Part shown: one piece after another, positions 17,893 through 28,007 of the stretch
Layout of the letters: each line of letters opens with the position of its first letter
How positions within the stretch are numbered: the stretch's first letter is position 1
Source of the DNA: TPA_inf: Saccharomyces
Lineage: Eukaryota
DNA length: 64,000 nucleotides
Assembly: GCA_000146045.2 (NCBI GenBank)
Contig: BK006938.2
Location: 576,001 to 640,000 of the forward strand
Direction of reading: 5' to 3'
Made by a program: the position numbers and the translations under genes
Notes under the pieces: model-generated
Seen by the model: only the letters and a program-made list of their open reading frames with translations
Database searches by the model: none
Told to the model about the DNA's origin: nothing

Positions 17893-20583
17893 ATGACCAC
17901 CACTGCCCAAGACAATTCTCCAAAGAAGAGACAGCGTATCATCAATTGTGTCACGCAGCTGCCCTACAAAATCCAATTGGGAGAAAGCAACGATGACTGG
18001 AAAATATCTGCTACTACAGGTAACAGCGCATTATTTTCCTCTCTAGAATACCTTCAATTTGATTCTACCGAGTACGAGCAACACGTTGTTGGTTGGACCG
18101 GCGAAATAACAAGAACCGAACGCAACCTGTTTACTAGAGAAGCGAAAGAAAAACCACAGGATCTGGACGATGACCCACTATATTTAACAAAAGAGCAGAT
18201 CAATGGGTTGACTACTACTCTACAAGATCATATGAAATCTGATAAAGAGGCAAAGACCGATACTACTCAAACAGCTCCCGTTACCAATAACGTTCATCCC
18301 GTTTGGCTACTTAGAAAAAACCAGAGTAGATGGAGAAATTACGCGGAAAAAGTAATTTGGCCAACCTTCCACTACATCTTGAATCCTTCAAATGAAGGTG
18401 AACAAGAAAAAAACTGGTGGTACGACTACGTCAAGTTTAACGAAGCTTATGCACAAAAAATCGGGGAAGTTTACAGGAAGGGTGACATCATCTGGATCCA
18501 TGACTACTACCTACTGTTATTGCCTCAACTACTGAGAATGAAATTTAACGACGAATCTATCATTATTGGTTATTTCCATCATGCCCCATGGCCTAGTAAT
18601 GAATATTTTCGTTGTTTGCCACGTAGAAAACAAATCTTAGATGGTCTTGTTGGGGCCAATAGAATTTGTTTCCAAAATGAATCTTTCTCCCGTCATTTTG
18701 TATCGAGTTGTAAAAGATTACTCGACGCAACCGCCAAAAAATCTAAAAACTCTTCCAATAGTGATCAATATCAAGTCTCTGTGTACGGTGGTGACGTACT
18801 CGTAGATTCTTTGCCTATAGGTGTTAACACAACTCAAATACTAAAAGATGCTTTCACGAAGGATATAGATTCCAAGGTTCTTTCCATCAAGCAAGCTTAT
18901 CAAAACAAAAAAATTATTATTGGTAGAGATCGTCTGGATTCCGTCAGAGGCGTCGTTCAAAAATTAAGAGCTTTCGAAACTTTCTTGGCCATGTATCCAG
19001 AATGGCGAGATCAAGTGGTATTGATCCAAGTCAGCAGTCCTACTGCCAACAGAAATTCCCCCCAAACTATCAGATTGGAACAACAAGTCAACGAGTTGGT
19101 TAACTCCATAAATTCTGAATACGGTAATTTGAATTTTTCTCCCGTCCAGCATTACTATATGAGAATCCCTAAAGATGTATACTTGTCCTTACTAAGAGTT
19201 GCAGACTTATGTTTAATCACAAGTGTTAGAGACGGTATGAATACCACTGCTTTGGAATACGTCACTGTCAAATCGCACATGTCGAACTTTTTATGCTACG
19301 GAAATCCATTGATCTTAAGTGAGTTTTCTGGCTCTAGTAACGTATTGAAAGATGCCATTGTGGTTAACCCATGGGATTCGGTGGCCGTGGCTAAATCTAT
19401 TAACATGGCTTTGAAATTGGACAAGGAAGAAAAGTCCAATTTAGAATCAAAATTATGGAAAGAAGTTCCTACAATTCAAGATTGGACTAATAAGTTTTTG
19501 AGTTCATTAAAGGAACAGGCGTCATCTAATGATGATATGGAAAGGAAAATGACTCCAGCACTTAATAGACCTGTTCTTTTAGAAAATTACAAGCAGGCTA
19601 AGCGTAGATTGTTCCTTTTTGATTACGATGGTACTTTGACCCCAATTGTCAAAGACCCAGCTGCAGCTATTCCATCGGCAAGACTTTATACAATTCTACA
19701 AAAATTATGTGCTGATCCTCATAATCAAATCTGGATTATTTCTGGTCGTGACCAGAAGTTTTTGAACAAGTGGTTAGGCGGTAAACTTCCTCAACTGGGT
19801 CTAAGTGCGGAGCATGGATGTTTCATGAAAGATGTTTCTTGCCAAGATTGGGTCAATTTGACCGAAAAAGTTGATATGTCTTGGCAAGTACGCGTCAATG
19901 AAGTGATGGAAGAATTTACCACAAGGACCCCAGGTTCATTCATCGAAAGAAAGAAAGTCGCTCTAACTTGGCATTATAGACGTACCGTTCCAGAATTGGG
20001 TGAATTCCACGCCAAAGAACTGAAAGAAAAATTGTTATCATTTACTGATGACTTTGATTTAGAGGTCATGGATGGTAAAGCAAACATTGAAGTTCGTCCA
20101 AGATTCGTCAACAAAGGTGAAATAGTCAAGAGACTAGTCTGGCATCAACATGGCAAACCACAGGACATGTTGAAGGGAATCAGTGAAAAACTACCTAAGG
20201 ATGAAATGCCTGATTTTGTATTATGTTTGGGTGATGACTTCACTGACGAAGACATGTTTAGACAGTTGAATACCATTGAAACTTGTTGGAAAGAAAAATA
20301 TCCTGACCAAAAAAATCAATGGGGCAACTACGGATTCTATCCTGTCACTGTGGGATCTGCATCCAAGAAAACTGTCGCAAAGGCTCATTTAACCGATCCT
20401 CAGCAAGTCCTGGAGACTTTAGGTTTACTTGTTGGTGATGTCTCTCTCTTCCAAAGTGCTGGTACGGTCGACCTGGATTCCAGAGGTCATGTCAAGAATA
20501 GTGAGAGCAGTTTGAAATCAAAGCTAGCATCTAAAGCTTATGTTATGAAAAGATCGGCTTCTTACACCGGCGCAAAGGTTTGA
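17893..20583 (+). CDS. TPS2: Trehalose-6-phosphate phosphatase (GT20-like N-domain plus HAD phosphatase domain), 896 aa
   Basis: HAD motif LFLFDYDGTLTP and C-terminal GDDFTDEDMF. Matches YDR074W. Confidence 0.95.
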   Translation: MTTTAQDNSPKKRQRIINCVTQLPYKIQLGESNDDWKISATTGNSALFSSLEYLQFDSTEYEQHVVGWTGEITRTERNLFTREAKEKPQDLDDDPLYLTKEQINGLTTTLQDHMKSDKEAKTDTTQTAPVTNNVHPVWLLRKNQSRWRNYAEKVIWPTFHYILNPSNEGEQEKNWWYDYVKFNEAYAQKIGEVYRKGDIIWIHDYYLLLLPQLLRMKFNDESIIIGYFHHAPWPSNEYFRCLPRRKQILDGLVGANRICFQNESFSRHFVSSCKRLLDATAKKSKNSSNSDQYQVSVYGGDVLVDSLPIGVNTTQILKDAFTKDIDSKVLSIKQAYQNKKIIIGRDRLDSVRGVVQKLRAFETFLAMYPEWRDQVVLIQVSSPTANRNSPQTIRLEQQVNELVNSINSEYGNLNFSPVQHYYMRIPKDVYLSLLRVADLCLITSVRDGMNTTALEYVTVKSHMSNFLCYGNPLILSEFSGSSNVLKDAIVVNPWDSVAVAKSINMALKLDKEEKSNLESKLWKEVPTIQDWTNKFLSSLKEQASSNDDMERKMTPALNRPVLLENYKQAKRRLFLFDYDGTLTPIVKDPAAAIPSARLYTILQKLCADPHNQIWIISGRDQKFLNKWLGGKLPQLGLSAEHGCFMKDVSCQDWVNLTEKVDMSWQVRVNEVMEEFTTRTPGSFIERKKVALTWHYRRTVPELGEFHAKELKEKLLSFTDDFDLEVMDGKANIEVRPRFVNKGEIVKRLVWHQHGKPQDMLKGISEKLPKDEMPDFVLCLGDDFTDEDMFRQLNTIETCWKEKYPDQKNQWGNYGFYPVTVGSASKKTVAKAHLTDPQQVLETLGLLVGDVSLFQSAGTVDLDSRGHVKNSESSLKSKLASKAYVMKRSASYTGAKV

Positions 20584-21155
20584 AACACCCTTTTTAACGA
20601 AATGGTTATGACTAGACAGACATCTTACGTCTTACTCCTTCATGCTTTATTTTTTTCTTTGTATTGTATTTGAACAGTCAATATGTGGTGTTGCGACGAA
20701 GGCATATATATAATAGTCTCAACCCACCATTTTCGAAGATTTACATACACATTATATTTTTATAAACTTCCAATATGTAATAACTTTATATGATATGTAA
20801 CTTCTCACTATTATCCTTACTATTAAACGGTTTTTAATAAATATCATTGTTCTTTGTTTTATTAATGAGAAAAAGAAATTTAATACAATGTCCGGCGGGA
20901 AGAAAAAAAATCGATGAATTAATTGAAAAAAAGTATCTTTATCATGTGAACTGAGGAGAAGAACGGCATCTCGAAAAGAGCACGTCGAAACAGCGGTAGG
21001 TAAAAGAGGGTACTACCAGAGGTCTTTTCTCTTTATACGTTAACCTCTCAGCTTTTTCTTTTGCAATTCAGGACACTTTAACTTGTAGTCACACGCTAGT
21101 CCACGTAGCAAAGTAAAACAGCACGAAAAAAGTGATTACAAATTTCAAGGGAGAT

Positions 21156-22082
21156 ATGATGGACTTAGATAAGATTATAGCATCACTGAGAGACGGAAAA
21201 CATATTCCTGAAGAAACCGTTTTTAGGCTATGTTTAAATTCACAGGAACTATTAATGAATGAAGGCAATGTAACACAAGTCGATACACCGGTTACAATAT
21301 GCGGTGATATACATGGCCAATTACACGATCTACTAACGCTCTTCGAAAAGAGTGGTGGTGTAGAGAAAACAAGGTATATTTTCTTGGGCGATTTTGTGGA
21401 TAGGGGATTTTACTCATTGGAGAGTTTTTTACTTTTACTATGTTACAAATTAAGATATCCTGATAGGATTACTTTAATTAGAGGCAATCACGAAACCCGG
21501 CAAATTACTAAAGTATACGGATTTTACGATGAAGTAGTAAGAAAATATGGTAATAGTAACGTATGGAGGTACTGCTGTGAAGTTTTTGATTATTTATCAT
21601 TGGGGGCAATAATAAACAATAGCATATTCTGTGTTCATGGTGGATTATCTCCGGATATGACCACGGTTGATGAAATACGAACAATAGACAGGAAACAAGA
21701 AGTTCCACATGAAGGTGCTATGTGTGACTTATTATGGAGCGACCCCGAAGACGTTGACACATGGTCATTATCACCAAGAGGTGCTGGATTTCTTTTCGGT
21801 AAAAGAGAAGTTGATCAATTCTTAGAGAAAAACAACGTTGAGTTAATTGCTAGAGCTCATCAGTTAGTGATGGAAGGTTACAAAGAAATGTTCGACGGTG
21901 GATTAGTGACAGTCTGGTCGGCACCGAATTACTGTTATCGTTGTGGTAATGTAGCAGCTGTATTGAAGATAGACGACGATTTGAATCGTGAATATACAAT
22001 TTTTGAAGCTGTTCAGGCACAAAATGAAGTCGGAAATGCTATAATTCCAACCAAAAAATCTCAAATGGACTATTTCTTATAA
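21156..22082 (+). CDS. PPH3: PP2A-like Ser/Thr protein phosphatase catalytic subunit (PP4 orthologue), 308 aa
   Basis: PPP motifs GDIHGQ, GDFVDRG, GNHE, HGG. The tracked ORF starts 8 codons upstream; I used the ATG at 21156 (MMDLDKII...) to give 308 aa as in YDR075W. The ATG at 21132 cannot be excluded from sequence alone. Confidence 0.85.
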   Translation: MMDLDKIIASLRDGKHIPEETVFRLCLNSQELLMNEGNVTQVDTPVTICGDIHGQLHDLLTLFEKSGGVEKTRYIFLGDFVDRGFYSLESFLLLLCYKLRYPDRITLIRGNHETRQITKVYGFYDEVVRKYGNSNVWRYCCEVFDYLSLGAIINNSIFCVHGGLSPDMTTVDEIRTIDRKQEVPHEGAMCDLLWSDPEDVDTWSLSPRGAGFLFGKREVDQFLEKNNVELIARAHQLVMEGYKEMFDGGLVTVWSAPNYCYRCGNVAAVLKIDDDLNREYTIFEAVQAQNEVGNAIIPTKKSQMDYFL

Positions 22083-22467
22083 ATTTTTAACAGGCACTCT
22101 AATTGTCAAGTGCATTTTTCTTTTTTTCTTCATAATGCAATAAAGGAAAAAAAATTGTAATATTACATACTTCTTTTCACATCTTAGCTAATTAACAATA
22201 TGGCTTTTGAATACTAATATATACCCAGCTACCGTTTCTTCTTTTATTTTTTATTCCTTTTTTTCTTCAGTAGAATATGTTATAGATGCGGAGGTCCCCT
22301 AAGTTCTTCACGTGTTCTCTTCTCATCGCGTTTGATATGAAAAATAGAAAAAAATACATAGTAGCATGACTAACTAATAATAAGCTCCGCTATCAAAGAT
22401 GTCAAGTACATTAAGGAAAGCTTTTAGATAAGGAAAAGAACTTATTAATAATATATAATATGAAAAT

Positions 22468-23688
22468 ATGTCGCTTGGTATACCACTTTCCCAATTAATA
22501 GTAGAAAGTCCAAAGCCATTAAGTAGCGGCATCACAGGATTAGATGAGATATTAAACCTGGGATTCCAGGCAAGGTCGATCTACGAAATATTTGGGCCTC
22601 CGGGCATTGGCAAGACTAATTTTGGCATTCAATTGGTGTGTAATTCGTTAGAAGGCATACAACAATCGGAAATAAACGACGATAAAATTCTATGGATAGA
22701 AACATTTCAAGAAATGCCCATAAACATACTAAGAGAACGCTTTCAAAAATTTAAAATCGTGGAAGAAAATGTGAAGCGGGTCCGAATAACGAAATTTGGA
22801 CAGCTATTATATTTCTTCCAGAATTTGTTCAAATTATCTCAAAGTGTGCGATATAAACTAGTTATAATTGATGGATTTTCTCAATTAGTCTGCGATCATC
22901 TGTGTACACTAAGTAAAAGAGGCGGCGGAATGATAGATAAAACTATACACGAGTTAAAATGTCGACATTTGATATTAATTTTTACGGTAATGACCAAATA
23001 CACACATTCCACGGGTTCGACAATAATAGTTTTAAATGACTGTATGAACACCGCCTTCCAATCAAACGAATTCGAATCCTTGGAAGAATACTACGAAATT
23101 TTAGACGACGGATCTAACTTCTTTGTCAACTCTAACAACGAAAGGCGTAAGAACAATGTACATATATTGAAAAGCGCGCTCGTTGCCAATATCGCTATGG
23201 GAAGCAAGGATTCCACTTGGGAAGTATTTCTAAGAGACAGGATCGGCCTTTTTAGGGATTGGAATGAACAAGTGGACGAAACCGTTTTCGTGAAAAGCAA
23301 AAGAGTGAAGGCGTCATCCTCGCAGAGTAACGAGGGATGTACTACCATCAAAGAAATGAGAATAAACAAACGAAACTTTGAAAACTTGAGAATAGCTATT
23401 GTTTTTAATTTACACGGCGAAGATAGAAAAAGAGAAGGACGAAATTTAAAGCGGTCAAGAAGCAGCGACGATCGTAACTATATTGTCAAATTTGATTTTG
23501 ATAAAGCAACAGGTCAACTCCGCGATATAATTGATCTGAAACCTGATACTGCTAATATTGCCTCATTTCCAACATTATCAACAAGCAGCAGCAGTTGCTC
23601 ACAAGTGTTTAACAATATTGACTCCAATGATAATCCATTACCAAATGCGGAGGGAAAGGAGGAGATAATTTATGATAGTGAAGGTTAA
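22468..23688 (+). CDS. RAD55: Rad51 paralogue (RecA-like, Walker A GPPGIGKT), recombination mediator; 406 aa
   Basis: 406-aa ORF with a Walker A motif and RecA-fold N-terminal half. Matches YDR076W. Confidence 0.92.
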   Translation: MSLGIPLSQLIVESPKPLSSGITGLDEILNLGFQARSIYEIFGPPGIGKTNFGIQLVCNSLEGIQQSEINDDKILWIETFQEMPINILRERFQKFKIVEENVKRVRITKFGQLLYFFQNLFKLSQSVRYKLVIIDGFSQLVCDHLCTLSKRGGGMIDKTIHELKCRHLILIFTVMTKYTHSTGSTIIVLNDCMNTAFQSNEFESLEEYYEILDDGSNFFVNSNNERRKNNVHILKSALVANIAMGSKDSTWEVFLRDRIGLFRDWNEQVDETVFVKSKRVKASSSQSNEGCTTIKEMRINKRNFENLRIAIVFNLHGEDRKREGRNLKRSRSSDDRNYIVKFDFDKATGQLRDIIDLKPDTANIASFPTLSTSSSSCSQVFNNIDSNDNPLPNAEGKEEIIYDSEG

Positions 23689-24792
23689 TAGTAAAATAAA
23701 AAAACCGAAAACCGAAAACAATAAAAAATGGAAAAACGACAACATTCCACCCAACAACTACAAAGAAAAGTTAAGGGTAATTTTACCTATTTAGGATTTT
23801 AATCTGTTGGAGTTAAGGTGAATACGTTTTTCCATATTGGGGTATGCAGCTCGAACCTAAAGTGGTATGTACACATCCCCTCAAGCACACCCATTACCCT
23901 TATAGGATTAATGTAAGCAACAGCTTACACGGAATTGGAAATACTATTCAACGATCCATGCATCTGCCAGATTCGGACATGCATATTCCCCAATTGGATA
24001 TAGAAAATTAACGTAAGGCAGTATCTTTTCACAATGTACTTGCAACGCGGCGACTTAAAGTTGAAGTACAACCTGCAGCAGCGGCTTTTTGTACGGTACG
24101 CCAAACTGTCAATGGATAATATTGCGTAGACCGAAAAAGGTAATCCTCAACACTACCCGTGGTGGATGACCTAAAGCAGTAATATTGGTTGGAATTATCT
24201 CCCAGACGGCACCGTCTCCCCGAGAAAGCTTAGCCCCGAGGTCTACCTTCCATACACCACTGATTGCTCCACGTCATGCGGCCTTCTTTCGAGGACAAAA
24301 AGGCATATATCGCTAAAATTAGCCATCAGAACCGTTATTGTTATTATATTTTCATTACGAAAGAGGAGAGGGCCCAGCGCGCCAGAGCACACACGGTCAT
24401 TGATTACTTTATTTGGCTAAAGATCCATCCCTTCTCGATGTCATCTCTTTCCATTCTTGTGTATTTTTGATTGAAAATGATTTTTTGTCCACTAATTTCT
24501 AAAAATAAGACAAAAAGCCTTTAAGCAGTTTTTCATCCATTTTACTACGGTAAAATGAATTAGTACGGTATGGCTCCCAGTCGCATTATTTTTAGATTGG
24601 CCGTAGGGGCTGGGGTAGAACTAGAGTAAGGAACATTGCTCTGCCCTCTTTTGAACTGTCATATAAATACCTGACCTATTTTATTCTCCATTATCGTATT
24701 ATCTCACCTCTCTTTTTCTATTCTCTTGTAATTATTGATTTATAGTCGTAACTACAAAGACAAGCAAAATAAAATACGTTCGCTCTATTAAG

Positions 24793-25809
24793 ATGAAATT
24801 ATCAACTGTCCTATTATCTGCCGGTTTAGCCTCGACTACTTTGGCCCAATTTTCCAACAGTACATCTGCTTCTTCCACCGATGTCACTTCCTCCTCTTCC
24901 ATCTCCACTTCCTCTGGCTCAGTAACTATCACATCTTCTGAAGCTCCAGAATCCGACAACGGTACCAGCACAGCTGCACCAACTGAAACCTCAACAGAGG
25001 CTCCAACCACTGCTATCCCAACTAACGGTACCTCTACTGAAGCTCCAACCACTGCTATCCCAACTAACGGTACCTCTACTGAAGCTCCAACTGATACTAC
25101 TACTGAAGCTCCAACCACCGCTCTTCCAACTAACGGTACTTCTACTGAAGCTCCAACTGATACTACTACTGAAGCTCCAACCACCGGTCTTCCAACCAAC
25201 GGTACCACTTCAGCTTTCCCACCAACTACATCTTTGCCACCAAGCAACACTACCACCACTCCTCCTTACAACCCATCTACTGACTACACCACTGACTACA
25301 CTGTAGTCACTGAATATACTACTTACTGTCCAGAACCAACCACTTTCACCACAAACGGTAAGACTTACACCGTCACTGAACCAACCACATTGACTATCAC
25401 TGACTGTCCATGCACCATTGAAAAGCCAACAACCACATCAACCACCGAATACACTGTAGTCACTGAGTACACTACTTACTGTCCAGAACCAACCACTTTC
25501 ACCACAAACGGTAAGACTTACACCGTCACTGAACCAACCACTTTGACTATCACTGACTGTCCATGTACTATTGAAAAGAGCGAAGCCCCTGAGTCTTCTG
25601 TCCCAGTTACCGAATCTAAGGGCACTACCACCAAAGAAACAGGTGTTACTACCAAACAAACCACAGCCAACCCAAGTCTAACCGTCTCCACAGTCGTCCC
25701 AGTTTCATCCTCTGCTTCTTCTCATTCCGTTGTCATCAACAGTAACGGTGCTAACGTCGTCGTTCCAGGTGCTTTAGGTTTGGCTGGTGTTGCTATGTTA
25801 TTCTTATAA
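24793..25809 (+). CDS. SED1: GPI-anchored Ser/Thr-rich cell-wall glycoprotein, 338 aa
   Basis: Signal peptide ([18 protein letters not shown]), Thr/Ser-rich repeats and a hydrophobic GPI-attachment tail. Matches YDR077W. Confidence 0.95.
   Translation: MKLSTVLLSAGLASTTLAQFSNSTSASSTDVTSSSSISTSSGSVTITSSEAPESDNGTSTAAPTETSTEAPTTAIPTNGTSTEAPTTAIPTNGTSTEAPTDTTTEAPTTALPTNGTSTEAPTDTTTEAPTTGLPTNGTTSAFPPTTSLPPSNTTTTPPYNPSTDYTTDYTVVTEYTTYCPEPTTFTTNGKTYTVTEPTTLTITDCPCTIEKPTTTSTTEYTVVTEYTTYCPEPTTFTTNGKTYTVTEPTTLTITDCPCTIEKSEAPESSVPVTESKGTTTKETGVTTKQTTANPSLTVSTVVPVSSSASSHSVVINSNGANVVVPGALGLAGVAMLFL
24997..25212 (+). repeat. 42-bp-period tandem repeats in SED1 ([14 protein letters not shown] units)
   Basis: Near-identical 42-nt units are visible directly (gaagctccaaccactgctatcccaactaacggtacctctact x2, plus diverged copies). 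Confidence 0.85.
25298..25578 (+). repeat. Approximately 153-bp tandem duplication in SED1 ([42 protein letters not shown] x2)
   Basis: Two copies (about 25298..25425 and 25451..25578), more than 95% identical at the nucleotide level. Confidence 0.9.
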
Positions 25810-26197
25810 ACGGTGGTGTTTGACACATCCGCCTTCTTAATGCTTTCTTTCAGTATTATGTTATTTTTTTGTTATTCGTTTTTCACTTCTAGGCTTTTTG
25901 ACAGACTAGCCCCGTTATACCACCATCTTTGTGGGAAAGCCCCTAAATTGCCCTGAGCAGTATCGTTTCATGTCTAGTCTCTTTAAAGATGTTTCTTACG
26001 CGTTGCGTGTAAAACATCCTCTCATTCAAGACAGGGTTTTCTAAAAGCAATAGGGGTAGTTTAATAATTCTTATATAATCATCATATACACTATTTTTAG
26101 TTCTTAATTCTTTAATACAAACTTATTAATGTGCTCTCCATTGATCTCTTAATCAGGAGGCGATATATACCGGAAGCGGTGTACTTTTCTTCACCTC

Positions 26198-26869
26198 TTA
26201 CTCAACTATGTTGATGTGCAAGTTTAACCACTCGTCGATATTATCTATTGCTATAACGAAAACTTTATTCGAGTTCACAGTGAAAAACTTCAGCACATTT
26301 ATGGAAGATCTAAGCAAAATGGAGAACGCCAGTAGATGCGAACAACAAACTTTATCAAATTTGAAATACCACTGCTTTGATAAGCTATGAGGATCCAGCT
26401 GTGCAAACCTATCATCCGAAAATTGCAAATGATCATCAACTTCATTTATTAGCACATCGTGTAATTCTTCTTTTTCGTCAGTTTTTTCTAGTGCTTCATG
26501 AAAGTATTTACAAAACTCTTCACATGAGCAGAACCAGTGTGCGATATCTACGAGTATTGGTGGCGCTCCATCATTAGTATCCTTCACTATTAAGCGATAC
26601 TCCAGGAGCGAATTAGATGAACCCTTATAAAATTCATCAACTAACACATCAATCAATGATGTATGCTCATTACCTTCCTTGTTATGGACTCTATCTAATA
26701 TGTATATAAACATGTCTGAAGATTCTAGTAATGAAATTGCTCGAATAAATAGTTCCCTTGGAAACATATAATATAAGAAGGATGCTATTGTATCATCCAG
26801 TTTTGTATCATCGTTTGTGTTAACCAGTTTAGCAAATAATTTAGAGTATTCTATTACATCCTTCGACAT
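26198..26869 (-). CDS. SHU2: Shu-complex SWIM-zinc-finger protein (recombination/error-free repair), 223 aa
   Basis: The tracked ORF begins at a GTG at 26875. The first ATG is at 26869 (MSKDVIEY...), giving 223 aa as in YDR078C. SWIM-like CxC...CxH ([14 protein letters not shown]). Confidence 0.85.
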
Positions 26870-27063
26870 ACTCACCCTTGTGACTTGTTCTTTTCTCCCT
26901 ATTTCTTCTTCATCACCAACACTTTTGCTTTACCGGCTTGACCTTAAATGGTTATTTTTTCCCGTATAATTCCAATATATCAGCGCATCTTGCTGATATT
27001 TTCTGTTCTATAACAATTTAATAAGGGCTGACAAACAAAAGTAATCACTTCGACAAGTACAAA

Positions 27064-27399
27064 ATGGGTCTATTTAATAACTTCAAGTTTAAATATACAA
27101 GGGCGCAACTGGAGATCTTTAGATTTTCATTTTGTTTGCTAGCACCTGTTGCTGTAATGTACTATATTGGTACAGATACTGATAAAAAATTAAATGTTCC
27201 AGGGTTTTGGCCAGATCCTGCAACGTTGAACCAAATACCAAAAGAGCCTTATGAGATTAAAGCTGAACTGGCAAGGATGAAAAAAGAACGTTTAGAGAAA
27301 AGGCTTAGGTTGGAGAAAAAGATACAAGAGGAGTTTGGTTTAGACCTTGAGGAGGAAAAAGAAAAAATTAAACGGGATTTGGCTCTCAAAAAAGGATGA
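27064..27399 (+). CDS. PET100: Cytochrome c oxidase assembly factor, 111 aa, single TM
   Basis: 111-aa ORF with one hydrophobic segment. Matches YDR079W. Confidence 0.85.
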   Translation: MGLFNNFKFKYTRAQLEIFRFSFCLLAPVAVMYYIGTDTDKKLNVPGFWPDPATLNQIPKEPYEIKAELARMKKERLEKRLRLEKKIQEEFGLDLEEEKEKIKRDLALKKG

Positions 27400-27592
27400 G
27401 AAAAGAAAACGGTTAAAGATGTATACTTGCACCTGACCACTTTTTCTTCCTTATATTTATTATTCTAACATGTACATACCTGTATAGTCGTATTTCCACT
27501 AGATCATCACTTCCCCTCTATATTCATGTCTGACCTGGTTATGCAGGTCATGCTCTATTCAAATAGTATTGAAAAAGCTGAATGAGCAATAA

Positions 27593-27811
27593 TTACTGAT
27601 TTTCTTCTTCATCCATAGGATTATATATATTCTTAGATAATAGCCTATTTAGCTCATGCTTAACAAATTCGACTTTCGAGGGATTTACTAAAAGATGGGT
27701 GTCATCCAACTCCTCTAGTACTATATCACTCATCTTGGCGTCAATTTGTAATATGAGCGCCTTGATGGATGGATCACATTGAACCAGTGCACCCTTTCTT
27801 GCTCTAGCCAT
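27593..27811 (-). CDS. TFB5: TFIIH subunit p8 (Tfb5), 72 aa
   Basis: 72-aa ORF (MARARKGALVQCDPSIKALILQID...) matching the conserved p8/TTDA fold sequence. YDR079C-A. Confidence 0.85.
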   Translation of the reverse strand: MARARKGALVQCDPSIKALILQIDAKMSDIVLEELDDTHLLVNPSKVEFVKHELNRLLSKNIYNPMDEEENQ

Positions 27812-28007
27812 TTTTTCGTTCTTTTACAAAAGTATCTTGGCTTTGTCTCTATTGGGAGTACACTTCTATCTTACTGCAGTTTGCTCGTCTTTTTTCAATA
27901 ATACGATACAAAAGAAAAATTAAAAGGGCTATTGAGACTGTTGTAAAATATATATGCAAAATAAAAAAGCATTTTAACGAAGAGTATATACCTACTATTA
28001 GACATTA

